Shown here: positions 35,624 to 44,919 of the stretch, in pieces | How the letters are laid out: the number at the start of each line of letters is the position of its first letter | Position numbering within the stretch: the stretch's first letter is position 1 | Virus record (IMG/VR): IMGVR_UViG_3300010362_000019 | Location: 1 to 55,326 of that record | Origin: a virus | Taxonomy: Duplodnaviria > Caudoviricetes | Strand: one strand, 5' to 3' | DNA: 55,326 bases | Program-made: the position numbers and the translations under genes | Notes under the pieces: generated by a model | The model's database searches: none | Told to the model about the DNA's origin: nothing | The model's input: the letters and a program-made list of their open reading frames with translations, nothing else

Positions 35624-36247
35624 ATGGCGAACCCCAACACGCCGTATGGGTTGCGGCCGTATGCCTATATGTCGGGGGCGCCATACAATGGCGCAGTTCG
35701 CGTCTACTACGTCCCCGTAGGCAACAGCACCGCGCTCTACCTCGGCGATCCCGTCAACCTCGTTGCCAGCTCATCTGATGGCAACGGTGTGCCCACTGCA
35801 GAGATCGCGACAGGCGGCGCCGGGCATCAGATCCTCGGTGCGTTCCTTGGTATCGCGAACAACGCAGGCGAGAGCGTCATCACGTTGCTGCAGTCGCAGA
35901 CGCCGTATCTCGCGGCGGCCCAGGCGGCCTACATCTACGTGTCTGACGACCCGTTCCTGCTCTACGCGGTGCAGGAGGACAGCGTCGGTGGCAACATCAC
36001 CTCAGATGCTGCCTCGAGCGCGAACGCGAACCTGATCGCTGGTGCAGGCAGCACGTTCACTTCGCAATCCGGTTGGCTGCTGGATAGCTCCACCGTTGGC
36101 AGCGGCGGCTCTGATGCCACCAAACAGGTGCGCATCATCCAGGCCCTCCAAGAGATCGACAACAGCATTGGCAACTTCGCCAAGTGGCTGGTGAAGATCA
36201 ACGAGGGTGTGTCCGCGTTCACCAACCCCGCCTCTGGCGGCACATAA
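35624..36247 (+). CDS. Capsid-associated (decoration/cement-like) protein
   Basis: MANPNTPYGLRP...LYLGDPV...VSDDP; immediately before MCP. Confidence 0.7.
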   Translation: MANPNTPYGLRPYAYMSGAPYNGAVRVYYVPVGNSTALYLGDPVNLVASSSDGNGVPTAEIATGGAGHQILGAFLGIANNAGESVITLLQSQTPYLAAAQAAYIYVSDDPFLLYAVQEDSVGGNITSDAASSANANLIAGAGSTFTSQSGWLLDSSTVGSGGSDATKQVRIIQALQEIDNSIGNFAKWLVKINEGVSAFTNPASGGT

Positions 36248-36259
36248 GGAGCCGCGCAG

Positions 36260-37165
36260 ATGGCAGTCATTACGACTGGGACGCATCCGAAGGCGCTATG
36301 GCCTGGGATCCGTGCGTGGTGGGGTCGAAGCTACGACGAACACCCGACAGAGTTCTTGGATCTGTTCGACAAGCAGACCAGCGACAAGGCATACGAGGAA
36401 GAGGTCGAGATCACCGGCTTCGGTCTCGCGCCGGTCAAGCCGCAAGGTCAGCAGATCTTCTACGACATCGAGGCGCAGGGCAGCATCTCGCGGTTCACGC
36501 ACGTGGCCTACGCGTTGGGCTACATCGTGACCTACGAAGAGCTGCGCGACGATCTCTATGACGTGGTGTCTCGCCGCCGCGCATCGCAGTTGGCGTTCTC
36601 GATGCGGCAGACGAAGGAAAACGTGCTCGCTGGCGTCTACAATCTTGCCTTCAGTGCCAGCGCGCTCGGTGGTGATGGTCAGCCGCTGATCTCAGCGTCG
36701 CATCCGACGATGTCGGGCTCCCAGTCAAACCTGGGCACCGCGGCAGATCTGTCGGAGGTCTCGCTCGAGAACCTGACGGTGCAGATCATGCAGATGCAGA
36801 ACAACAGGGGCATGCGCATCAGCGGTCTGCCCATGTCGTTGCATGTGCCGCCGCAGCTCTTCTTCGAGTCCAACCGCGTGTATAATTCTGTGCTGCAGAA
36901 TGATACCGCGAACAACGCGATCAATGTGCTGAGGGCCACTGGCACCTTCCCGCGCGGGATCAAGGTCAACCATTACTTCAGCTCGGCGACCGCATACTTC
37001 ATCCGCACCAACGTGCCCAACTCACTGACCTATTTCGAGCGCGATGCAATCTCGTTCGATCAGGACAATGATTTTGACACAAAAAATGCCAAGGCAGCCT
37101 GCTACGAGCGTTACAGCGGCTACTGGGCAGATTGGCGCGGGATCTACGGCAACCAGGGCGTATAG
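36260..37165 (+). CDS. Major capsid protein
   Basis: KALWPGI, SDKAYEEEV, GFGLAPVK, YALGYIVTYE, GGDGQPLISASHP, DFDTKN..ERYS; AGGAG RBS. Confidence 0.9.
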   Translation: MAVITTGTHPKALWPGIRAWWGRSYDEHPTEFLDLFDKQTSDKAYEEEVEITGFGLAPVKPQGQQIFYDIEAQGSISRFTHVAYALGYIVTYEELRDDLYDVVSRRRASQLAFSMRQTKENVLAGVYNLAFSASALGGDGQPLISASHPTMSGSQSNLGTAADLSEVSLENLTVQIMQMQNNRGMRISGLPMSLHVPPQLFFESNRVYNSVLQNDTANNAINVLRATGTFPRGIKVNHYFSSATAYFIRTNVPNSLTYFERDAISFDQDNDFDTKNAKAACYERYSGYWADWRGIYGNQGV

Positions 37166-37269
37166 CCCGCGGGGCAGCGGCTCGAGGCTCGGGTCGCTGC
37201 CGATCACCGTGTCCCGAGGCGGGTAAGCGCCAGCGCGACTCTGGCGGGCACACTCAGGAGATCTGACCG

Positions 37270-38253
37270 ATGGCGTTCACCAACTTTCCGAACGGTATCA
37301 CTTCGCTCGGCATCCCCACGTTCGGCGCATCGATGGTGCCGCCGTTCCCCAGCAAATATCTCTTCGTGCAGGAGCGCACCACCGCAGGCGTGAGCGCCGG
37401 GTCGGGCACTGCACAGGATCCGTTCAACACGCTCGAGCAGGCGCTCGCGCAGTGCACGTCAGGCGCCAACGACGTCATCTTCATGACCGGCACCGTGCAC
37501 CCGACCGCCACGATCGCGTGGTCGAAGAACAACACCCATCTGGTCGGCCTCTGCGCACCGCTGAAGCGCGGCAAGCGGGCCCGGCTATCTGTGACCGGCT
37601 CGACGGCTTACGGGCCCCTGGTGAGCGTCACGGGCAACGGCTGCATCTTCCAGAACATCGGCACCTTCTACGGCTTCGCAGTCACTGGCTCGACCAGCCC
37701 GATCTGCTGGCAGGATACCGGTGGGCGCAACAGCTATAACCTCGTCGAGTTCCTGGGCTTCGGTGATGGCACTGCCTCCACCGGCACCAGCAATCAGACC
37801 GGTGCGCGCGCGTTCAAGATGAACACCAGCACGGGAGAGAGCACGTTCCGAGACTGCGTGTTCGGCGTCGACACCATCCAGCGTGGCGCGACCAACTACA
37901 CGGTGGAGATCGCCGGCGGTGCGCCGCGTATCAGCTTCGAAGGCTGCGATTTCGAGGCAGATCTGGCAGCTGGTGGCGCTGGCGGATCGCACCTGCTCAT
38001 CGGCGCATCGGGCATCGATCGCTACCTCGAAATGCGCGACTGCATCTTCAACAGCGCGACGAAGAGCAGCGGCACCGCGATGACGCAGTGCATGAACATC
38101 AACAGCGCGGCCGGCGGATACGTGATCCTCGATGGCTGCACCGGCTTCGGGTTCACCCACTGGGAAACCAGCGCGAGCGGTTGCTTGGTCATCAACATGG
38201 CGGCGCCGACTGCGCACGACGGTGGCATCGCGGTCGCTGCGTCACCCTCGTAG
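37270..38253 (+). CDS. Right-handed beta-helix (pectate lyase-like) virion protein
   Basis: PFNTLEQALAQCT...DVIF cap followed by repeated x-F-x-x-C-x-F coils. Confidence 0.65.
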   Translation: MAFTNFPNGITSLGIPTFGASMVPPFPSKYLFVQERTTAGVSAGSGTAQDPFNTLEQALAQCTSGANDVIFMTGTVHPTATIAWSKNNTHLVGLCAPLKRGKRARLSVTGSTAYGPLVSVTGNGCIFQNIGTFYGFAVTGSTSPICWQDTGGRNSYNLVEFLGFGDGTASTGTSNQTGARAFKMNTSTGESTFRDCVFGVDTIQRGATNYTVEIAGGAPRISFEGCDFEADLAAGGAGGSHLLIGASGIDRYLEMRDCIFNSATKSSGTAMTQCMNINSAAGGYVILDGCTGFGFTHWETSASGCLVINMAAPTAHDGGIAVAASPS

Positions 38254-38264
38254 GAGGAGCCCTC

Positions 38265-38705
38265 GTGGCAGACGCAGTCACCAGCCAGCTGCTCGACAAC
38301 GGGCCGAAGTGGGCCGTCTACAAGTTCACCAACGTCAGCGATGGGGGTGGCGAGACCGGTGTCGTCAAGGTCAACGCCACGAGCACAGGGCCTCTGGGCG
38401 TCACGGTGCAAGGTCAAACCTTTTACCCTGGCGTCCACCTCGAGGTCGTGGCGCTCGAGTATGACGTCCGCACCATGGCGGTGCGCATCATGTGGGAAGC
38501 GACCGCCAACGACGATATGTGGATCGCGAGCGGCGCTGGTGCTGGACCGTTCATCTTCTTGGATCGGCGCGGTGGCTTCCAGGGACTGAAGAACCCCAAC
38601 AGCGCTGGTGCGACCGGCAGCATTCTCTTCACGACGATCGGTGCTGCAGCGGGCGCCACCTACTCGATCATCATGAAGCTGAACAAGGGCATCCCACAGG
38701 CATGA
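38265..38705 (+). CDS. Virion structural protein
   Basis: GGAGGAG RBS, GTG start; KFTNVSDGGGETGVVKV...TYSII. Confidence 0.7.
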   Translation: MADAVTSQLLDNGPKWAVYKFTNVSDGGGETGVVKVNATSTGPLGVTVQGQTFYPGVHLEVVALEYDVRTMAVRIMWEATANDDMWIASGAGAGPFIFLDRRGGFQGLKNPNSAGATGSILFTTIGAAAGATYSIIMKLNKGIPQA

Positions 38706-38720
38706 TGAGGGTGACCCAAC

Positions 38721-39464
38721 ATGGCCGACCAGCTCTGGTATAACCCAGGAGACCATTACCAGCTCGACGATCTCTCTGGCTTTAAGATCCGCGCATCGCG
38801 GTCGATGAAGATCCCCGGTGGTCAAACCGGGGGCCTCATCGTCGCACCAGAGCGGTTCGAAGTTCAGCAGCCGCAGGATTTCGTCCGCGGTGTCGTCGAT
38901 GATCAGACAGTCACCGATGCCCGGCCGCGGCAGCAGAACCAGTTCGTCATCCTGGCGACATACGTCACTGCGCCGAGCGCTCGAGGCACCAGCATCATCA
39001 CTGTCGCGAGCACGGCGGGCTGGCGCATCAACGACAACGCGTTCCTGATGTTGGACTCAGGCGAAAACTTCCTGACTTCGATCGGCGGCATCAGCGGTCA
39101 GCAGATCTTCCTGGGCACCCCGCTGCCGTTCTCTGTCGGCACGCTCTACGGGGATCCGCTGGAGAACACGCTGCTCTTCTACCAGCACGGCCCAGCTCAG
39201 GTGACCGGCTTCTATAACAACGGGGGCGTGCTCGGGATCATCTACCCCAGCTCATTGCCCACCAGCTCAGCAGTCCCAGGCGCTGTGTATGACACTGGCG
39301 GCACGGTCGGCATCGTCCCAGGCGTTGGCCCAGGCACGCTCGAGCTGTTCTTCAACGAGGTGAGCCAGGGCTACCTGCTCGCCAATGGCGGCGGCCAGCT
39401 TCCGGCATCCGCGAGCGTAGCAAACCAGCTGTATAACAACGGTGGGGAGATCGGCATTGCGTAG
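38721..39464 (+). CDS. Virion-associated protein (PQDFVRG family) with appended domains
   Basis: GD...DDLSGFK...QPQDFVRGVVDDQ..RPR; YxNGG repeats. Confidence 0.65.
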   Translation: MADQLWYNPGDHYQLDDLSGFKIRASRSMKIPGGQTGGLIVAPERFEVQQPQDFVRGVVDDQTVTDARPRQQNQFVILATYVTAPSARGTSIITVASTAGWRINDNAFLMLDSGENFLTSIGGISGQQIFLGTPLPFSVGTLYGDPLENTLLFYQHGPAQVTGFYNNGGVLGIIYPSSLPTSSAVPGAVYDTGGTVGIVPGVGPGTLELFFNEVSQGYLLANGGGQLPASASVANQLYNNGGEIGIA

Positions 39465-41424
39465 GCTCCTCCTAACCCTTGCGCTGTTGGCGCTGGGGCT
39501 CGCTGCACAGGCGCAGATCCCTCCGACGCCCAGATACAGCGGGGTCATCTTCAACCCGCAGAGCGGCACTCCAGCGACCACAGCGGAGGGCTTGTGCTGG
39601 AGCCAGACCAACACCGGGCTCTACTGCTATTACAACGGCAGTGCGCACGGGCCGTTCAGCACCAGCTCTGGCACTGTCACCACCACCGGGTCGCCGGCAT
39701 CAGGCAATCTGACGCAGTTCAGTGGTGCCAGCTCAATCACCAACGGCAACCTGTCGGGTGATGCGACCACGTCAAACACGCTCGTGGTCACTGTCGGCAA
39801 GGTCCATGGCGTCACCTATCCGGCATCGCCGAGCACCAACACCGTGCCGGTGGTCACCAGCAGCAATACTGTCACCTACGAGGCAGTCCCCAATGCGGCG
39901 CTCGCTTTCAGCGCCACGACCGTCAACGGTCAGACCTGCACGCTGGGTGCGTCCTGCACGGTGTCTGCCGCTGCATCCTCACTGACGGTCGGCAGCACGA
40001 CGATCAGCGGCGGCTCCAGCGGCCGGGCGCTCTACGACAATGCTGGTGTGCTCGGTGAGCTGGTGGTCGCGACTGGCGCTACAGCAACGTCGCTGGCGCA
40101 GCGCGACGCCAACGCGAACCTGCTCGCCAACATCAATTTCATGAACACGGCGTCGACCGGCTCGGCCGGCGGCACCACCACCCTGACGGCTGCTTCCGCG
40201 CAGTATCAAATCCTGACCGGCAGCGCCAACCAGACGTTCCAGCTGCCCGATGCGACCACGATGTCGCTCGGCCCCTCGTTCATCTTCAACAACAACAGCA
40301 GCGGCACGCTGACCATCAACGATGCCAGCTCGACGCCGATCTACGCTGCGCCTGGGGGCGGTGTGGTCGAGGTCGAGCTGCTCCAAAACAGCAATGCTGC
40401 TGGCGTATGGGTGCGGCATCCAAAGCCGCCATCAACGGTCACCTGGGGCTCGCAGACGACCGGGCTCGTCATGAACACTGTGCTGGACACCACAGCTCAG
40501 ATTTCGGCGGATGTGTCGTCATCCACTGTGCCGGTGTTTCTCCCGCAGCGCGGCACATCAAACACGGGCTTCGGCGGCGACAGCACGCACACCTACAGCA
40601 TCGTCGGCGGCACCGCGGCGATCAGCTCGACGTCGGCTGGCACCAGCATCCCCAATCTAACGGCCACCGGCTCGTTCACTGCGACCGGGTTGGTCACCAA
40701 CGCTGACCTCGCCAACAGCAGCATCACCGTGGCGGGCCACAGCGTGTCGCTGGGCGGCTCCACGACGATTGCCTGCGGTGATCTGTCCAACGGAGCCACA
40801 GGCTGCAGCACGGCCACAGGGACGTCTGGCGCCACCATCCCGCTCTTGAACGGGACGAACACGTGGTCTGGTGTCCAAAGTTTCAACGATGGCGATCTCG
40901 CGCTCAAGGGCTCATCGTCAGGCACAGTCACGCTCAAGGCAGCGGCAGCCGCCGGGTCGAATACCCTGACTTTCCCTGCCGGCACGACAAACTTCAGCGC
41001 GACCGGCGGCACGTCCCAGGTGGTCAAACAGACCTCTTCCGGCGGCGCTTTCACTGTCGGCCAGCTCGCGACCACCGACATCTCAGGCACCATCACCGAC
41101 AATAAGTGTCTGACCTGGGACAGCACGCTCGCGGTCACAGCTCAGACGGTGAAGTTCGCGGTCCCTTGGACGTCCTACACCGTCACCACGATGCAGACCG
41201 CGGTCTCAGGTGGCGGCAGCTTCACCGTCGCGGCGAAGATCAATGGCACGGATATCACCAGCCTCAGCGCGGTGTCGGTGAGCGGCACCAGCAACACCAA
41301 TACTGCCTCGACCGGCGCGAACACCGGCAGCGCGAATGATCAGATCTCCATCGTCACCAGCTCACCGAGCGGCACCGTGAACACCGCATACGTGTGCTTG
41401 GTCTTCACCCACAGTCTCAACTGA
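39457..41424 (+). CDS. Ser/Thr/Gly-rich fibre-like protein with N-terminal signal peptide
   Basis: TTG start with GGGGAG RBS; MRRLLLTLALLALGLAAQA-Q; tail-fibre-like segments (PLLNGTNTWSGVQSF, GSSSGTVTL). Confidence 0.75.
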   Translation: MRRLLLTLALLALGLAAQAQIPPTPRYSGVIFNPQSGTPATTAEGLCWSQTNTGLYCYYNGSAHGPFSTSSGTVTTTGSPASGNLTQFSGASSITNGNLSGDATTSNTLVVTVGKVHGVTYPASPSTNTVPVVTSSNTVTYEAVPNAALAFSATTVNGQTCTLGASCTVSAAASSLTVGSTTISGGSSGRALYDNAGVLGELVVATGATATSLAQRDANANLLANINFMNTASTGSAGGTTTLTAASAQYQILTGSANQTFQLPDATTMSLGPSFIFNNNSSGTLTINDASSTPIYAAPGGGVVEVELLQNSNAAGVWVRHPKPPSTVTWGSQTTGLVMNTVLDTTAQISADVSSSTVPVFLPQRGTSNTGFGGDSTHTYSIVGGTAAISSTSAGTSIPNLTATGSFTATGLVTNADLANSSITVAGHSVSLGGSTTIACGDLSNGATGCSTATGTSGATIPLLNGTNTWSGVQSFNDGDLALKGSSSGTVTLKAAAAAGSNTLTFPAGTTNFSATGGTSQVVKQTSSGGAFTVGQLATTDISGTITDNKCLTWDSTLAVTAQTVKFAVPWTSYTVTTMQTAVSGGGSFTVAAKINGTDITSLSAVSVSGTSNTNTASTGANTGSANDQISIVTSSPSGTVNTAYVCLVFTHSLN

Positions 41425-42182
41425 TGCTGAAAGCGCTCGCCCTCCTCGCCGGCCTGCTACTGCTGTCGGTCGCTGCGCGGTCGCAGCCGGCGCTCGATGG
41501 CCACGCGACCGGAAGCGCGACATCTGGCACCACGACCACGATCTCGGTCACCACCGCGGCGAACCCCGAGATCCTCATCGTCTCAGCAGCGGTGCGCGCG
41601 ACTGGCACGACCAACCCGACGCTGTCGATTTCTGGCTGTTCGCTGAGCTGGAACGCACTGGGCACGCCGGCACAGTTCAACAACAACTCGTCCAAGGGCA
41701 CCGGCATTTACGCGTGGTATGCGCAATCTGCGTCGAACCTGTCCTGCACGATCACTGTCACCAGCGACCAGACAATTCAAAATTCGTCGGCCGCCTACTG
41801 CAGCTTCTCTGGCATCAACACCAGCAATGCTTTCGACCCAGGCGCTACGCCGCCCACCACTGAGACGAACAGCACCAACAGCACATCCGACATGCGGGTG
41901 ACGCTGTCCACCAGCTTGGCGCACAGCACGATGGTGGTGGCGAGCGGTCAGACCTCGGCGAACATGGGTGGCACGAGCCTCAGCGCAGGCGCCACAGCGT
42001 GCGCGAACATCACCAACGCTGGCGGGCTCAATTTCTCCAACGCTTACGTCATCTACCAGACGTTCACCTCGACCCAGAGCAGCCTCAGCTTCGGAAACGC
42101 GACCAACCAGCCATATTACAACACTGTCGGAACGGCATTGACGGCCGATGCGCCGCTCAGCCATTCGCGGCTGATCCAGTGA
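41424..42182 (+). CDS. Ser/Thr-rich beta-sandwich protein with N-terminal signal peptide
   Basis: MLKALALLAGLLLLSVAARS-Q; TGATG overlap. Confidence 0.75.
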   Translation: MLKALALLAGLLLLSVAARSQPALDGHATGSATSGTTTTISVTTAANPEILIVSAAVRATGTTNPTLSISGCSLSWNALGTPAQFNNNSSKGTGIYAWYAQSASNLSCTITVTSDQTIQNSSAAYCSFSGINTSNAFDPGATPPTTETNSTNSTSDMRVTLSTSLAHSTMVVASGQTSANMGGTSLSAGATACANITNAGGLNFSNAYVIYQTFTSTQSSLSFGNATNQPYYNTVGTALTADAPLSHSRLIQ

Positions 42183-42189
42183 GGAGCTG

Positions 42190-43251
42190 ATGGCAGTCCA
42201 GACGACCACCGGCACATACGCCTGGAACCTCAACACCTATCTGATCATCAGCGGCGCGCTGCGGCTGCTCGGTGCGATCCAGACCGGCGAGACGGTTGAG
42301 GCCGACGAATATCAGGACAGCCTCGAGGCTCTCAATGCGCTGACGAAGCACTGGCAGAGCACCGGCATCCACGTGTGGAGCGAGCTGGATGTGACCTTGT
42401 TCCTGCAGCCAGAACAGACCCGCTATGTCATCGGCAATGACACGACGCTCGGCGTCACGACTGACCACTACGCGCAAAGCTTCGCCTGGGCACAGTATGC
42501 GCTGACAGCCGACGCGGCTGCGGCTGCAACGTCGATCGTCATCGGTGATGCGGTGATCGCGCCGGTCAATCCGGCCTTCGCGGTTACTGGCACTGCCATC
42601 ATCGGCATTTGGCTCGACGCCGGCACCACGTTCTGGACGACGGTCGCCTCGGTCAGCGGCAGCACGGTGTTCCTCGACGATCCGCTGCCATCGCAGGCCA
42701 GCTCAGGCGCCCAGGTCGTGAGCTATGGTGGAAGCACGGTCACGCGGCCACTGCGGGTGATGGCAGCTCGCCGCTACCAGTATGCCGCGGGTGATGGCAC
42801 GCCGATCGAAGTTCCGCTGATGGCGATGAGCAGGATCGACTACGCCAACGTGCCCAACAAGACTACGCCAGGGATCCCGACGCAGTGGTTCTACGATCCC
42901 AGCATCAGCAGCGGCACGTGGATTGTGCCTTACAGCCCGACGCCTGGGGCGGGACAATTCTTCGTCTGGCCGGCTCCGAGCAACAATCAAAATGCGATCA
43001 AGTTCACTGCGCAGCGGCCCCTGCAGGATTTCAGCACCCAGGCGGATTACGCGGATCTGCCGCAGGAATGGATCTCCACCCTGAGATACAATCTCGCGGT
43101 CGAGCTGGCGCCCGAATACGACTGCACGCCGCCCAGGTTTCAGATGCTCAAGATGATGGCGGAAGAGAAACTTGAGACATCGAAAATGTGGGACCGCGAA
43201 CCCGAGGCCGTTATGTTCGGGGTGTCACAGACCCCATCGTCACGGACGTAA
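42190..43251 (+). CDS. Head-tail adaptor (P22 gp4-like) with inserted domain
   Basis: IISGALRLLGAI..GE...LEALN, DYANVPNK..PG.P, DLPQEW..TLRYNLAVELAPEY. Confidence 0.75.
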   Translation: MAVQTTTGTYAWNLNTYLIISGALRLLGAIQTGETVEADEYQDSLEALNALTKHWQSTGIHVWSELDVTLFLQPEQTRYVIGNDTTLGVTTDHYAQSFAWAQYALTADAAAAATSIVIGDAVIAPVNPAFAVTGTAIIGIWLDAGTTFWTTVASVSGSTVFLDDPLPSQASSGAQVVSYGGSTVTRPLRVMAARRYQYAAGDGTPIEVPLMAMSRIDYANVPNKTTPGIPTQWFYDPSISSGTWIVPYSPTPGAGQFFVWPAPSNNQNAIKFTAQRPLQDFSTQADYADLPQEWISTLRYNLAVELAPEYDCTPPRFQMLKMMAEEKLETSKMWDREPEAVMFGVSQTPSSRT

Positions 43252-44918
43252 TGGCCCAGGTTCTAGACTTCGTCGCCCAGGCATACACAGCCCACAGCAA
43301 GCCGCTCAACGGGGCCCAGTGCATTAACTTCTTCCCCGAGATGGAGCTGCAGGACGCGCGCAGTAAGTCACCGGTCGGCATCTGGGGCTCGCCCGGCATC
43401 TCGCCATTCGCGCTGACGTCCGACAGCTCGATCCGCGCGCTGAACATGATGAATGGCATCGTGTATGCGGTGGGCAACCGGCACCTCTGGCAAATAAATC
43501 CGGACGGCACGGTTAAGGATCTCGGCTCGCATCTCGCCAATACGCCGATCTCCATCGACAACAATGGCATCCAGCTGTGCTGGGTCGATGGATCGACTGG
43601 CTGGTATTGGCAGGAAGGCGGCTCGGTTACTCAGATCACCGACCCAAACTTCTATCCGTCGAACACGGTCACATATTTCGACGGGTATTTTTGTTTCGTT
43701 CGCAACGGCACGAAGCAGTTTTTCCTGTCACCGCTGTTCGGTGTGACCCCGTTCGATGGTGCGATGTTCGCCAGCAAGGAGGCGACATCCGATCTGCTGC
43801 TGGGCATCGCCAACAGTCATGAGCAGCTGTTCTTGTTCGGGCAGCTCCGCACGGAGGTCTGGTTCGATGCCGGCAATCCCGCGCCTGAGTTCCCGTTCCA
43901 GAGAAGCGATGGCGCGATCATCCAGCGCGGCACCCTCTCGCCATTCAGCATCATCCTCGAGGATAACACCGTCTTCTTCCTGGGCGATGACGCGGTCTAT
44001 TACCGGCTGAATGGCTTCGCTCCCGAGCGCTACAGCAACCATGCGGTCGAGAACGAGTGGAACACCTACCAGACGCTCACCGACTGTCAGGCATGCGTCT
44101 ATACGGTGTTCGGCCACAAGCAGATCCACCTGACTTTCCCCACCGCGCAGCGCACCTGGGTGCTGGATCTGGCGACGAAGCGCTGGCATCGGCGCGAGAG
44201 CTGGCTCGGCACTAATCTCGACACGACGATCGGCCGCTGGCGGGTCAACTGCGTGCTCGCGGCTTACGATCGCATCCTCGTCGGCGACAGCGTCACTGGG
44301 CAGATCGGGCAGATCAACTTCAACGATTTCACCGAATGGGGCGCGACCATGCGCGGTCTGCTGGATGGGCCACCCATCCACTCCGACCGCCACAGATGCT
44401 TCATGAAGCGCTTCGAGCTGGACGTGGAAAGTGGCATCGGTCTGACCGAGGGCCCCCAGCTCGAGTCGCTGCAGTATTGCCTCAACCCGGTCGTCATCAC
44501 GAAGCCAACCACACTGACGTCGGCAAGCCCGCTGCCTGGGCTCGCTGCGAATTACGTCAACGCCATGTTCTCGGTGTGGATCAATCTGGCGGGTGCCGAT
44601 GCCACTGGCATGAACCTGACCAACGATGGCTTCACGCTGCAGATCCAGAACGACGGCACTGGCACGCCCCAGCTCACCGTCACAGCAAAGGATGCTTTCG
44701 CCGCGACCATCGTCGAGGGCACATATGACTTCGCCACATGGGACGACTGGGTCAACGTGATGATCAGCATCGGCACCGCGACGCAGCGGCTGCAGGTATG
44801 GGCCAACACCCTGGTCGCTGGCGATCTGGTCGAGAGCGAGCTGACCCCGACAGCGCTGACGTGGTCATCGTCAAACCCGGTCGCCGAGGGCGGCGCCTGG
44901 GTGGTGTCGGTGGTGTGA
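43251..44918 (+). CDS. Packaged DNA stabilization / tail hub protein (P22 gp10-like), N-terminal part
   Basis: CINFFPE, YFDGYF, FASKEATSD, TEVWFD...FPFQR, TWVLD..TKRWH.R, ELDVESGIG, then LamG-like segment. Confidence 0.85.
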   Translation: MAQVLDFVAQAYTAHSKPLNGAQCINFFPEMELQDARSKSPVGIWGSPGISPFALTSDSSIRALNMMNGIVYAVGNRHLWQINPDGTVKDLGSHLANTPISIDNNGIQLCWVDGSTGWYWQEGGSVTQITDPNFYPSNTVTYFDGYFCFVRNGTKQFFLSPLFGVTPFDGAMFASKEATSDLLLGIANSHEQLFLFGQLRTEVWFDAGNPAPEFPFQRSDGAIIQRGTLSPFSIILEDNTVFFLGDDAVYYRLNGFAPERYSNHAVENEWNTYQTLTDCQACVYTVFGHKQIHLTFPTAQRTWVLDLATKRWHRRESWLGTNLDTTIGRWRVNCVLAAYDRILVGDSVTGQIGQINFNDFTEWGATMRGLLDGPPIHSDRHRCFMKRFELDVESGIGLTEGPQLESLQYCLNPVVITKPTTLTSASPLPGLAANYVNAMFSVWINLAGADATGMNLTNDGFTLQIQNDGTGTPQLTVTAKDAFAATIVEGTYDFATWDDWVNVMISIGTATQRLQVWANTLVAGDLVESELTPTALTWSSSNPVAEGGAWVVSVV

Positions 44919-44919
44919 C

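Noticed and set aside
37173-37201. Hairpin after major capsid gene as terminator or ncRNA
   Set aside because: No U-tract and no recognisable RNA family
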